64,000 nt of DNA from Octopus bimaculoides (GCF_001194135.2 NC_068982.1:39568919-39632918), one strand, 5' to 3'; counted from the stretch's first letter, positions 48,801 to 63,387 are shown. Notes: generated by a model from the letters alone, not told the origin. Numbers and translations are program-made.

Positions 48801-50482
48801 AGTCATATTTCTGTTTCCATTATCATGATCATGAGAGTTGTTGAAGAATGTTTTCTGCTTCCCTTCTGTTACAATGTGTTTCAATCATGATTGAACACCG
48901 CACCCCATGTTCATATACCTTCATCACAGACTATGAAATTATGGGGAGATTATTGTGGACTGCAGTGATATGTGAGGATTTGAACGTTAATGACAAAACA
49001 AAAATTTTGAGGGAGGAACCTTTCTGACCATACTACTAAACATTATATGACGCTAGTTTTCTCAATAAGGTTAAAAATTACATTTATACTTTTTTTAGTA
49101 TCTAAATGAGAATAGAAAAATACTGTAGGAGTGGGTAGCTTCAAACACATCTGACAAACAATGGAAAATAAATTTGATATTACATATGAACACGCAAACA
49201 GTAGTGGGAGGAAGGCCGTCAATTTATAATTTATATTGTGAGCATACTTAAAAGGAAACAATCACATGCATGAATGTTTTAATGCATTTACATTTTACCT
49301 CAGTGTATTCATAAATGCATAATGTTTTTTCCAGAATTTATGAGAGATTGTATCCAATACAAGCATACATTTTCAGGTTTTGGCAGTACGAGTCCCAAGG
49401 TGGTTGTTTTGTATAACGCTTCATCAAACCATCAATCTGAAAAGTAATACTACGTATAAAAAAATATTCTGTGCATAATAAATTTCGGAATTGATATGCA
49501 GCATTTAGCTTGTACACTGCACTTGGATTCAAGTAAATCCCACTCCAATTATTTGTGCGTTTGTATACTAAATGTTGATTGGTTTATTTTCAGCTTCACA
49601 CTTAATTTTATAGTTATTTCGTTTCTTTATGTTTTCCAATAGATTTCTTATCAATTGAGTTTATATCTTACGTCACGACCACTCATCACGAAAATCTCAG
49701 TTTTTGCAGTTGTACTTTAAGATTGTATTTAGTAACTCTTCTAAAAACTTTACTTAAAGTCGTAGTTACTTTTGATTCTTGAGTGCATACATACATCTTC
49801 TTTGTGGGATGGATTTTGTACATATATAAAGTGAATTTAACATTTACCAATAGTTATTGGATTCCATTGGGTATTAGGTTTCATAACTTAAGTAGTTCCG
49901 TGTAGCTGCTTTTTAATTCATTATTCTTTTATGATAAATGTTAATGTCATGCACCGATTCATCATTTCCTTCTCCGTATTTTCCCTTATACACCACCATA
50001 TTTCCATGAGGGTTGTTGCTGATGTCATAGTCTTTGATGCAGTTGACAACAACAGCTAATATCTATACAACATTGTCAAAGATATTTTGCTTACGATAAA
50101 CTTTCAAATTGAATGGAAGGACACGGAAACAGTCACTGATTTTGGAAGGTTTGCTCGATTGGGTTTATGCTTATTTGTTAGATTTGTACGCCGCGCATGG
50201 CACGAGACTATAGCAAAAGAGAGGAGATCGGTGCGTGATAGATATAATCACCACCCGAAAGATAAAAGCAGATAACAATACAATATCAGTATGCAACATT
50301 AATGTGACTTACTCTGCACAACAAGCAGGTGAAATATTAAAATAACAGCAAAAATAAATAAATAAATAAATAAAACATAAGCAAAGGAAATCTCTTAACA
50401 AAACAAATCCTCATAAAAAATGCTACAGACATCTCAGAAACACGAGGGAGGCATAGATATTCGTACATGACTTTTGAAAAGG

Positions 50483-50615
50483 TGATGATGTAGTTGAAGA
50501 TGAAGATGATGACGATGATGATGATGATGACGATGATGAAGATGATGATGATGATGAGGAGGAGGAGGAGGAGGAGGAGGAGGAGGAGGAAGAGGAGAAG
50601 GAGGATGACGTTGAC
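50483..50615. repeat. (GAT)n(GAG)n microsatellite
   Basis: Directly visible. Confidence 0.96.
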
Positions 50616-50734
50616 GACAGTTACTGATGAGCATCTGTACATGGCCAAAATGGGCGAAACGGATTGCAGAAAATGCATAATGAAAGTCATTTTAAAAAGT
50701 ACACACACGTATGTGTATGTATTTAAATATGCAG

Positions 50735-50771
<37 letters not shown>

Positions 50772-51540
50772 TGGGTGTGTCCGTGTGTGTGGGGTGTGTG
50801 TATGTGTGCCTGTATCGATGTAAGTTAACTCGCTTTTGGAACGCAACTTTCATTTAAACCTGCGTTAACTTCGCAAGACTCTGTTATAAATATATTTATA
50901 TATATATATATATTTGAAGAATATGGTTGTACAATACGCATGCATAATAGAAACGTATTCCTCTTGTGCGCGTTTGTGTATTTATGTCTTTTCTGTTTAG
51001 TTCGAAAGTAAAGGTCAACCTATTATAGTAGTCTGTTTCTGTTTATTTCTTTTTGAAAATTCAGAGGTTTGCACGTTCCATGCTTTGTGCTTCTTTTATG
51101 CATCAAATTCAAAGTACGCAGACCTCTTTTAACTTGCGTCTGTATAATTCGGCTTTTTTTTTTCAGCTATCCTTTATTACTTTTGTGGAGAGGGGACTGA
51201 ATCCGTCTTGTGTTGATATGCTTGCTGGCTATAAGGAACGTTCATTTTGAATTAATTTTGTGAAGTGATGATCAATAAATGCAGACTATTGTCAATGTAT
51301 GACATACAGTTAAGCTGTGAAAACAATGAGCAAACAGATGTATGGGTTGGTGGTGTAGGAATGCATAATAACCCAATGGGTTCCGATTGTGTAAGTGTAT
51401 GCCATGTTGTATTGAGTTACGATACTTTATGATGTCAACTTTGCTTTTCAACTTACTGAGATCGATTCAATAAAGTATCAATATAGTATGAAGTCGAAAG
51501 AAACCGACTTTTACCTATCTCAAATTTCTGTCCTTTTGCC

Positions 51541-51953
<413 letters not shown>

Positions 51954-53489
51954 GTATTCTTCTTCTTATTATTACATGCAGCAGCAGTGACTATTTTATT
52001 TGCGTTACAACCCAGCAGCATTATTAATTCAACCTTCTCAAGCAGATACGAATAGATGAATATAATTTGAATAATACATGATTATTTTTGAATCAATCAA
52101 CATAAATTAATGCAATTGAAATGAATAATGATTAAAAAATAAAGTAAAATAGAACGCATAAATTTTTACGACAGAATAAATGCGTCGGTGCTCCTAAAGA
52201 TGGAAGCCATTGCTAGTTAGTTGACGGATAAGTGTTAGAGAAAGAGAATTAATTGAATTAATAGGATTTTAGAATATCATATAAAATGCAACCACAAAAG
52301 AAATATAGATTTGCATTCGTGAGAAGAGCGAAATTAACAATCAATTGTTATCATTCAGCTGAACACTATATAGTTGTTTTAGATGTACATGATGAAAAAG
52401 TGAGGTGAAAACATTTTCTTCTCATTATTCAACGATTATCGTATTGTATCTTTAGATATTCTGTTATCTTACATTTAAGCATGGGAAGGAATCGATATGA
52501 TTGTTTGTGATTTATTTTTATAAGGAAATAAAAGTGAAAATACAACAGTCGAAATCAAAGATCCCACATAAGTGGTATATGCAGACATGAAGAGATGTAA
52601 GCAAACTGGCAGTTTGCTCATCCTAAAGCCCGGTCAGAGTATCAACGAAGGTAACCATTAATTCCAATTAAACATACAGAGTAGAGGAAAAATACACTTG
52701 AAGAATCCATAATCTGCCAAACACCATCAATAAAGTAGAACCAATTTCAGAGGACGCACGTATATCATCTGCATTCTCCAAAATACAATATGCAGAAGTA
52801 TGTGAGCTGCAGCTGTTGACCAGCATACTTTATAAAGTGTGACACAAAAGATAGCGCAGTAGCTGACATGGTTACAAATGAAACTGGGCCAAATCCAAGC
52901 TCACTTACGCACAAGGTTACCACATTAATAAACCTGGGATGGCCACCATAGCCATTACATCACATCAGTTCTCCACCCGAACACCAGAAGCGTGTTATAG
53001 ACAATCAACATAATCAAAATTCCATACATTAACGATCGTCCCTCATATACTCAATTAATACGGATGACACTCACAGATATACTTCTATCTACGCATATAG
53101 CTGATGCTAGTACACATACCAAAGTATGTTATGTTTCGAACGATGATAATACAAAACAACAGTAATAGGGCTAAATGAAACATGCTGTTCAATGTTGAAA
53201 AATGTTCAAGTGCTCGCCTTCAATTTACAAAGATATTTCCATCACCAGAGGGCATTTCAACCCTGGAGTCACAGTCGGTAAAGTGATTTCGGAATCTACA
53301 TGCATCACTTTGTGTGAAATGTCAACAATGTGCAGTAGCTGGATTGTTGAATTCTGAGATCTTTCAGGATGAGAAAATAGGAAAATAATTTGCTCTTGTG
53401 GAGAACATTTGCACTCAGTCGCCTGGAATAATGTTCCTAATTATCGTTGTCCCATTGTCTCAGACTAACAGCGGAGCCTAAGGCAATCC

Positions 53490-53539
<50 letters not shown>

Positions 53540-54163
53540 NNNNNNNNNNCCAGAATGATTAATACATATCATAAAATATTATAAAATATTATAAAATATA
53601 GGATACTCCATCTCCTCAGGGTCCCATTATTATTGCTATCATCACCATCACTCGTAGAGTACATAGGTAAAGATGAGTTTGTTTGATTTTTTCAGTTTAT
53701 TTATTTAATATTTAATGTATAATATATAAATATATATTAGAGTGTGTGTAGGTATAGTTAGACTATAGATAAGTGTAGTAAGAATTACCGTATGTGTGAG
53801 TTAGAATTTTATTATAGGTTTTTTTTTCATTGAAGACGGGTTTCTGTTCTACGGATATTGAGATGTAATATAATGTGATAGTACTGAGGGATATATATTT
53901 TTTTGCTGAATTGATATAAGATTAAATTTTATTTTAATTGTGTATATTGGTATATGCTAGAGTTTTTTTTAGAGTGAATTTATTAAGAACATTATCCTCA
54001 TTATTATTATTATTGTTATTATCATTTAAGTGTGGTTTTGTTTTACTCTAGTTTGAATGTTATATTTTTAAAAAATTGTTTTCTACGGCATGATTTCTTT
54101 CTTTCTTTCTTACATTCTTTCTTTCTTTCTTTATTTATTTATTAAATTTGATATTTATTTTGA

Positions 54164-55010
54164 NNNNNNNNNNNNNNNNNNNNNNNNNNNNNNNNNNNNN
54201 NNNNNNNNNNNNNNNNNNNNNNNNNNNNNNNNNNNNNNNNNNNNNNNNNNNNNNNNNNNNNNNNNNNNNNNNNNNNNNNNNNNNNNNNNNNNNNNNNNNN
54301 NNNNNNNNNNNNNNNNNNNNNNNNNNNNNNNNNNNNNNNNNNNNNNNNNNNNNNNNNNNNNNNNNNNNNNNNNNNNNNNNNNNNNNNNNNNNNNNNNNNN
54401 NNNNNNNNNNNNNNNNNNNNNNNNNNNNNNNNNNNNNNNNNNNNNNNNNNNNNNNNNNNNNNNNNNNNNNNNNNNNNNNNNNNNNNNNNNNNNNNNNNNN
54501 NNNNNNNNNNNNNNNNNNNNNNNNNNNNNNNNNNNNNNNNNNNNNNNNNNNNNNNNNNNNNNNNNNNNNNNNNNNNNNNNNNNNNNNNNNNNNNNNNNNN
54601 NNNNNNNNNNNNNNNNNNNNNNNNNNNNNNNNNNNNNNNNNNNNNNNNNNNNNNNNNNNNNNNNNNNNNNNNNNNNNNNNNNNNNNNNNNNNNNNNNNNN
54701 NNNNNNNNNNNNNNNNNNNNNNNNNNNNNNNNNNNNNNNNNNNNNNNNNNNNNNNNNNNNNNNNNNNNNNNNNNNNNNNNNNNNNNNNNNNNNNNNNNNN
54801 NNNNNNNNNNNNNNNNNNNNNNNNNNNNNNNNNNNNNNNNNNNNNNNNNNNNNNNNNNNNNNNNNNNNNNNNNNNNNNNNNNNNNNNNNNNNNNNNNNNN
54901 NNNNNNNNNNNNNNNNNNNNNNNNNNNNNNNNNNNNNNNNNNNNNNNNNNNNNNNNNNNNNNNNNNNNNNNNNNNNNNNNNNNNNNNNNNNNNNNNNNNN
55001 NNNNNNNNNN
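54164..55010. other. Largest assembly gap (representative of many N-runs, e.g. 7457-8081, 18754-19402, 56217-56716, 60124-60626)
   Basis: N-runs, mostly flanked by microsatellites. Confidence 0.99.
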
Positions 55011-55443
55011 ACTAATTTGATTTGGAAATACAGATGAAAGAACAATAATATCAGTACATGAACCACGCACCAACGCCTTTTTAGGCGACTGTGTTACCGA
55101 ATGCACTCTACTTAGCGTTTGTCCTCGTGTTTCTTAACTTCGGTTTATCTATCTAATGAATTATCTTTTTTATAAATGTATAAAACAATGAATGAAAATA
55201 TGATGTCTTGCTACGATTGTTAAGTAGCTGAAAATGCATCTGTAAAAGAGGCAAGATGCCACGTATATATAAATTTCAATTTGCTGGAGATGGATATTTA
55301 TAACTAGTTTAGAAAAGAGAACACAAACTCTGTGTGGCACAATCAAAAACACAGTCTCCTGGAAATGAATAGATATGTGACGAGAGGCTATCAGTGAATT
55401 CAAATGAACATCTTAATAATGAATGCATAATATATATGTGTGA

Positions 55444-55482
<39 letters not shown>

Positions 55483-57611
55483 TGTGTGTGTGTCTGTGCG
55501 TGTGTGTGTGCATGTGTGTGTGACTGCGTGTGTACACGTTCGTGCGAGTGTATGTGTGATAGAATAGTATTATGCATATATGTAATATAAACATACACAT
55601 ACACATTCACTTACTCACACACACACACACACACACACATACAGATATTTGTTGACAACTCAGTGACTCTAAATTCTAAATTTGCAGCCAATAGTGGTCG
55701 ACAAGGGTTTTAGCTGGAGTGTGCACGTCACTGAAGAGATCCGAAGGGTTAAAACACTCGAATTACGAAGTCTCGAATCATGTTTTGCAGTACTTGATTT
55801 TTCTATAAAAAAAAAAAATGAATAATGTATATATGTGTATATTTATGTACGTTTCCTTGTTTGTGCAGATGAATAACATACTTAAGCTCTCAGAATTCAT
55901 GGCAGTCAGCATGAAAGCAGCAAAGAAATACTTTTTAGCTTAAGTCAAGACAGTTCGAGTGACTTTTTTTAATATTCTAGGGAGTGCGTATATATATATA
56001 TATATATATATATAACGTGAGAGAGTTAGGGGTTGGGGGTTCAACCCACTAAGGGATAGTATCTATCCAGTATACTGCTGGGAGGGTACCCAATTATTGC
56101 TACACTAGTGCTATCCTCTAATTCCTTATGTACTTTGTACTTCTATATGTAAACCAGGTTGGCAAAATAACATAGTCTGCCATAGACACCTGTGCTTTGG
56201 TTCTTTCTTTCTTTTTNNNNNNNNNNNNNNNNNNNNNNNNNNNNNNNNNNNNNNNNNNNNNNNNNNNNNNNNNNNNNNNNNNNNNNNNNNNNNNNNNNNN
56301 NNNNNNNNNNNNNNNNNNNNNNNNNNNNNNNNNNNNNNNNNNNNNNNNNNNNNNNNNNNNNNNNNNNNNNNNNNNNNNNNNNNNNNNNNNNNNNNNNNNN
56401 NNNNNNNNNNNNNNNNNNNNNNNNNNNNNNNNNNNNNNNNNNNNNNNNNNNNNNNNNNNNNNNNNNNNNNNNNNNNNNNNNNNNNNNNNNNNNNNNNNNN
56501 NNNNNNNNNNNNNNNNNNNNNNNNNNNNNNNNNNNNNNNNNNNNNNNNNNNNNNNNNNNNNNNNNNNNNNNNNNNNNNNNNNNNNNNNNNNNNNNNNNNN
56601 NNNNNNNNNNNNNNNNNNNNNNNNNNNNNNNNNNNNNNNNNNNNNNNNNNNNNNNNNNNNNNNNNNNNNNNNNNNNNNNNNNNNNNNNNNNNNNNNNNNN
56701 NNNNNNNNNNNNNNNNTTTAGCAAACAAACATTACATCATCAATACATGGCATAACAATTCAAATAACATTTAACAAAGGTTTCAGAACATTGCATAATC
56801 ACAAGTTTACAATCAAGAGTTCGTACATCAAGTCCATTAAAAGTTCTTTTACTTCGTTGTTTTTCTTTTCCATTAACAGCATGTCACAAAGTTCTATCTT
56901 TTCTTTTCCACCCGTCAACATCACAGTTAACGAAAGTTAACGAAGTTCTTTTAACACATGTAACGACGAAGTACATTTTAAAGAATATTTAAACAAACCT
57001 TCACCGTACGAATTTCCTTTCTTTCAAAACTCCTACTATAATCCAAGAGAAGTGACCAACTGACTACTACAATCTCTTGGCTGCCACAACAGTTCCATCT
57101 CTCTGTCCCCCTCTCTCATTGCTTCAGTCCCTATCGGTTGACTGGCACCTTCTCACCATAAGCTCTCTCTCTCTCAGCCTCTTTCTTCTGTCAGCCTCTC
57201 TGTTTATCTTGCTGACCGCTGCTGTCACATACTCGTTCTTCACTGGCCCACGTTCTTCATCCAACTGCCTGGCCAACTGCTTTCGCCAATTCCTTGTCCC
57301 CAACTCGACTGATCAACCGCTCGCGCCAATTCTCGCTGTCGTATTCATCACAAATACCGTAGCTTTACAGTGCTACCTTACCCCCTCCTAAAGCTGGGTC
57401 AGTTCAGTACAATTCCTATCTTGTTTTTCTGAACTTTCGCTGACCGGAAAGCGTCAGTGATCACACCTACGCTAAAAATAGCTGTGGTTGTTGACAAGAC
57501 AAAGGAAATGCCATTATCCTCAACAACCAGAATACGGTTTCAAACCCAGCTCGGGAGATAGGGATATAACATTAATTTGTTTTTCGGTGGTCGCATCAAT
57601 ATATATATATA

Positions 57612-58190
57612 TGTAATACAGAATGAGACAAGAACGCAAAACATCCAGACAATTTAGGTGATACAAGAAAGGGACAAAACATACAGAAAGACGATACAAA
57701 GAAAACACGAACATGTCATTCGGAGTTTTCTCTCTTCAGTCGAGATTCAGATTATCTTTGCAATTTCGGGTGGTTATTCTTGATATTGCTCCAATCTGGC
57801 CAGCCTCAAGGAAAGACTAAGCTAAGAGCATTATATTCCTTGGAAGAAAGCAGCGAATGTATGCAAAAGCAAGGACGGAAAAAAACGAATAATGTTGAAC
57901 AAATACAGCAGGAATAATAACGGGACATAACAACAGATGTCTTTCGACTGGACGAATAAAATTAAGCTGGCGTATATGGAAATAAGGCCTTACAGCCGGG
58001 ATACAATATTTCACAGGCACAGGGAGAAATAACGATGTTGTATGCACAACGGCCGCCCCCAAAAGAAAGATCAGGCTTGGCCGAACACTGGTCACGTGGG
58101 AAGAGAAGAGAGAGAGGTAGAGGCAGAGAGACAAAAGAATTAGGGAGGGGCGAGAAAAAATGACAGGGACACAGTGAAGTGAAAAGTGAT
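57612..58190 (-). mobile_element. Unclassified repeat-like block, possibly a Penelope-type terminal repeat
   Basis: Bounded by (TA)n and (TATG)n. The minus strand contains CTGAAGA-GAG-AAAA-CTC-CGAAT (~57722-57746), near but not matching a hammerhead core. Confidence 0.3.
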
Positions 58191-58569
58191 ATTTATGTAT
58201 GTATGTATTTAAGTGATGAAAGTGTGCTTATAGATATTCTTACAATACATATCTCTTGTGTGCACGATTGTGTGTAGACACTTTTAATGCATGTGTATGT
58301 ATGCCACATTTACAGTTATTTTCTGTATGTGCTAATTTCAAGAAACAAAAGTAGCGAATATTTGGAACCTTTCATAAACCCTCAGTTCTCCATCAATCGA
58401 CTATATTTTAAGAATGCGGTTAGTTTGCTTTATTACTTAGAGATATTAGGTCTATTTGTGTGCACCATGGTTGCTAGTATCTTCCACTAATATTCCTTAT
58501 TTCTAAGTTTTGGATGCATTCTTTTGCGCTTTTGGTAAGGCTGTCAGGACAGTCTTCTTACGCATAATA

Positions 58570-58791
58570 TTCTTTTCTACTCTAGACACAACGCCCGAAA
58601 TTTTGGGGGAGGGGGGGACACTCGATTAGATCTTCCCCAGTACGCAACTGGTACTTAATTTATCAACCCCGAAAGGATGAAAGGCAAAGGCAAAGTCGAC
58701 CTCGGTGGGATTTGAACTCAGAACGTAACGACAGACGAAATACCGCTAAGCATTTCGCCCAGCGTGCTAACGATTCTGCCATTTCGCCGCC
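58570..58791 (-). mobile_element. SINE family A, young copy with perfect 13-bp TSD
   Basis: CTTACGCATAATA at 58557-58569 and 58792-58804. Confidence 0.96.
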
Positions 58792-58816
58792 CTTACGCAT
58801 AATACTGTGAATGGTA

Positions 58817-59019
58817 TACTCTTTTACTCTTTTACATGTTTCAGTCATTTGACTGCGGCCATGCTGGAGCACCGCCTTTAGTCGAGCAAATCGACCCCGG
58901 GACTTATTCTTTGTAAGCCTAGTACTTATTCTATCGTTCTCTTTTGCCGAACTGCTAAGTGACGGGGACATAAACACACCAGCATCCGTTGTCAAGCAAC
59001 GCTACGGGGACAAACTCAG

Positions 59020-59107
<88 letters not shown>

Positions 59108-59266
59108 GACGGGCTTCTTTCAGTTTCCGTCTGCCAAATCCACTCATAAGGCTTTGGTCGTCCTGAGGCTATTGTAGAAGACACTTGCCCAAGATGCCAC
59201 GCAGTGGGACCGAACCCGGAACCATGTGGTTGGTAAGCAAGCTACTTAACACACAGCCACAACTGC
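58817..59266 (-). mobile_element. SINE family B, full length (tRNA-like head, CORE-like segment, central (TA)n(TG)n, GTAAAAGA-repeat tail)
   Basis: Best-preserved copy in the window. Head (reverse complement) GTGGCTGTGTG...CCGGGTTCGGTCCC...CATCTTGGGCAAGTGTCTTC. Confidence 0.95.
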
Positions 59267-59480
59267 TGCAGTTATGGATGATATATTCTAAACTATTAAG
59301 GTACAATCGACTTTCTATCATAAATGTTTCGATGTGGATGTTTAGAGCTATTGATAACTTTGTTATTGCTCAAATACTCATGTTCCTAATCAGCGAAAGC
59401 GAATCTTTGTAAGAGGAATACGGTAGAGCCATCACAAATCCGAGGGAACCACTCTTTCTGCCTGTATTGCTAATATCCTT

Positions 59481-59696
59481 AAGGCAGTGAGCTAGCAGAA
59501 TCGTCTGTACGCTGGTCAGAATACTTAGCGGCATTTCTTCTCTCTTTGTGTTCTGAGTTCAAATTCCGCCGAGGTCGATTTTGTCTTTCATCATTTCGGG
59601 GTCGATAAATTAAGTACCACTCAAGTACTAGGATCAGTCTGATTGAATTAGCCCCTGCTCCAAAGTTGAGGGCCTGAAGCCAAATTTTGAAATCAG
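59481..59696 (+). mobile_element. SINE family A with decayed 16-bp TSD
   Basis: TATTGCTAATATCCTT (59465-59480) versus TATTGTTAGCATCCTT (59697-59712). Confidence 0.92.
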
Positions 59697-60067
59697 TATT
59701 GTTAGCATCCTTTTGCTTGTAGTACATGTACTATTTTTAAAATGATTGCTTCTCTAATGAGTCTCTTTTGAATAAGTTAATCCAGCTAACCTAAGGTCCT
59801 ATATGGAACAGCTGAACGTCCAGGATACCTATTAAGCTCTTCACTCACTCCCAAGACATTACTTATATTTTTCCCTGTTCAGAACATAGGTGATCTAGAG
59901 ATTTTTCACTTTTCTGTTCTGTATGTATTTCAATGACCCAATGGAATACTCATAGTGTTTAGGACTAATATTAAATCTTTACTTCAATCCAGCCGCTTAG
60001 CATAGCTCGTTTGAGTATCATAATCATTTATATGTAATAAATATGTATATATGCATGTATCTAAAAG

Positions 60068-60123
<56 letters not shown>

Positions 60124-61602
60124 NNNNNNNNNNNNNNNNNNNNNNNNNNNNNNNNNNNNNNNNNNNNNNNNNNNNNNNNNNNNNNNNNNNNNNNNNNNNN
60201 NNNNNNNNNNNNNNNNNNNNNNNNNNNNNNNNNNNNNNNNNNNNNNNNNNNNNNNNNNNNNNNNNNNNNNNNNNNNNNNNNNNNNNNNNNNNNNNNNNNN
60301 NNNNNNNNNNNNNNNNNNNNNNNNNNNNNNNNNNNNNNNNNNNNNNNNNNNNNNNNNNNNNNNNNNNNNNNNNNNNNNNNNNNNNNNNNNNNNNNNNNNN
60401 NNNNNNNNNNNNNNNNNNNNNNNNNNNNNNNNNNNNNNNNNNNNNNNNNNNNNNNNNNNNNNNNNNNNNNNNNNNNNNNNNNNNNNNNNNNNNNNNNNNN
60501 NNNNNNNNNNNNNNNNNNNNNNNNNNNNNNNNNNNNNNNNNNNNNNNNNNNNNNNNNNNNNNNNNNNNNNNNNNNNNNNNNNNNNNNNNNNNNNNNNNNN
60601 NNNNNNNNNNNNNNNNNNNNNNNNNATATATATATGTATGTATGTATGTGTGTGTGTGTGTATACACACAAACATGCATGCATGTTGGCTATTTAAAATT
60701 TCAGACGATAGATATCTCACATCAAATATTTCTACATCACAGATTATTGTGATGTATGGCGTACAGCATGGATTGCACACGCTAAATATACATAGCTAAA
60801 TATCTAGTGACAACCGAAGGCAAAGTGACAGGAAGCTATTTGAGCTACAGGTTTTATATAAAAGTGCCATCTCCCACGCTTTGCTTGGAAAACCACACAA
60901 CAATCTGCGGATACATACATACATACATATATACATACATATATACATACATTTTGATTTTTTGTGTTATATGCCTCAGTAAGTATTTGGCGATAGTTGT
61001 CTTTAAGTAAAGCTAAAAATATAAAATGCTGATATCGAGAAGCACACACACATACATATGCATATAGATGTTTGTGTGTGCATACATATACGCATATACG
61101 TATATACAGACAAGCTTTTACATGCACACACGCACACGTGTGTATGCATGTATGGTGCACTTAAGTATGCGTTTATATTTACAGGCGTCTAAGCGCGTAT
61201 ATATGTATCCGAGAGTAAGTGGATAAGTAGATTACATAGATTGCTAGAGGGAGGGAGAGAGAAGAAGGCGGAGGAAAAGAAATGTACCTTTTAATCACTG
61301 TGTAATATACACTAAATCCTATCTATACGAAGCTTCTTGAAGAGAATATAACCCTGTTAAACACTCAAAATCCGACTGCACTCAAGAGAATATTTCAGAA
61401 ATGTTATAGGCTGAGAGACAAAACTACAAAAAAGATGAAACGAGTTGGACATGATTATGGAAATGGGAATTCGATATGTTATCGACTTCGCACTTGTATG
61501 TAAAAATATATTGATCCTATATAAACAAATTTTTTGTGAACGTAGTTGGGTACACTTTGAATCAGTGTAATGGACCAAATCCCATTTCTCTCTCTCACAC
61601 AC

Positions 61603-61647
<45 letters not shown>

Positions 61648-61970
61648 GNNNNNNNNNNNNNNNNNNNNNNNNNNNNNNNNNNNNNNNNNNNNNNNNNNNN
61701 NNNNNNNNNNNNNNNNNNNNNNNNNNNNNNNNNNNNNNNNNNNNNNNNNNNNNNNNNNNNNNNNNNNNNNNNNNNNNNNNNNNNNNNNNNNNNNNNNNNN
61801 NNNNNNNNNNNNNNNNNNNNNNNNNNNNNNNNNNNNNNNNNNNNNNNNNNNNNNNNNNNNNNNNNNNNNNNNNNNNNNNNNNNNNNNNNNNNNNNNNNNN
61901 NNNNNNNNNNNNNNNNNNNNNNNNNNNNNNNNNNNNNNNNNNNNNNNNNNNNNNNNNNNNNNNNNNNNNN

Positions 61971-62031
<61 letters not shown>

Positions 62032-62802
62032 TTATCTTTATCACTCTCTTTCTCTCTCTGTTTATTGGGGGAAAAAAGCATCGAAAGATGTATTTTAACG
62101 CATGTACGTGATCACGTATACACTTAAACAAAATATAACGAAACTAAAAGACAACAGGTGACATTAATTTACGAACGACATTAAACAGTCGCATAAATCC
62201 TAAGCGCGATCTTTTATGTGTAAATCGCTTCAGGTTCGTATTCCAGTTCGTACACTGAGTTAGAGGAAAACAAATATCGCCATGAAAAATACATACAAAT
62301 TTGTGTAAATGTAAACAAAGGAACTAATCTACACACAGTATCTACTAAATATTCAAGTATTTCTAAGACAAAGCATTAAAACTGAAGCTATTTCAAAACT
62401 GCTATTAAAGAGAAACTTTCATGGAATTATGAAATTTTTATCTACTAGCTTCTGAAAACAGCTTAGTATTCTGTTTATTCATAATAACGTTTTAGTATTT
62501 CACAGTTGCTTTTCGTTTTCTTTTTATCTGTGACTAAAGATGATGATAAGAATGAAGTATATTCATTTATATTTTATCATCTTTAGTCTAAATATTAAAA
62601 TCATCATTGAGTTTACTTGCTATTTTATACGTATTACATCAATAGCATCTCTATAACTTTAGCAATGAAAGCATTACGAAAGAATAAATAAACAGACTTT
62701 CTAATCAACAAACGTGAAAACCGAGAATTACATTATGTAATTTTGTCATGAGTAATACATAAAGCTCTAATATCAATATTTTTCCAATATTAAATATGTT
62801 TA

Positions 62803-62998
62803 TAAAGGCGGTGTGCTGCCTGAATATTAGCAGAACACTTGGCATCATTTTCCCGGTTTTTACATTTTGAGTTCCAATTCCACCAAGACTTTGTCTTTCA
62901 CTCCTCGGGATCGATAAAATAAGTACCAGTTGAGCACTGAGGTCGATGTAATCGGTTTACTCGCCTCCCTAAAATTGCTGGCCTTGTGCCAACATTTG
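62803..62998 (+). mobile_element. SINE family A with 11-bp flanking direct repeat
   Basis: AAATATGTTTA at 62792-62802 and 62999-63009. Confidence 0.9.
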
Positions 62999-63189
62999 AA
63001 ATATGTTTACACCTCCTCTGAGTCCTCAGAAGGCATAAGATATAAATGTCTGCTTTGGTATTCGTGTTGTAGGCTTGCCAATTGCAGACATCTGTAGAAC
63101 AATGATAGTAGCTAGCTAAATATAGATATTACTGGGAAAGTAATAACATAAATATAGTATATATGCACGCGCGTGTATATAGACATAAT

Positions 63190-63387
63190 CCTTTTTATTA
63201 TAGGTACAAAGCCAGAAATTTTTGGGGAGGGGACTAGTCGGTTACATCGACACAAATGTTTCAATGGTACTTAATTTATCGACCCCGAAAGGATGAAAGG
63301 TAAAGTCGATCTCAGCAGAATTTGAACTCAGAACGTAGCCACAGTTGAAATACCGCTAGGCATTTAGTCTGGCGCGCTAACGATTCT
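63190..63387 (-). mobile_element. SINE family A, head slightly truncated
   Basis: Consensus match. Confidence 0.92.

Noticed and set aside
50337-50846. Homopolymeric or dipeptide ORFs (poly-M/R, poly-H/P, poly-I, HT, CV, ER, SL) here and elsewhere
   Set aside because: Translations of microsatellites, with no splice or codon evidence.
55435-55642. (TG)n followed by (CA)n, forming potential hairpins or Z-DNA (similar at 60070-60670 and 61042-61081)
   Set aside because: An expected by-product of very dense dinucleotide repeats; no specific signal.
56959-57369. TGTAA...TTACA-bounded 411-bp block resembling a solo LTR
   Set aside because: No target-site duplication (ACACA vs GTGCT), no clear polyadenylation signal and no second copy.
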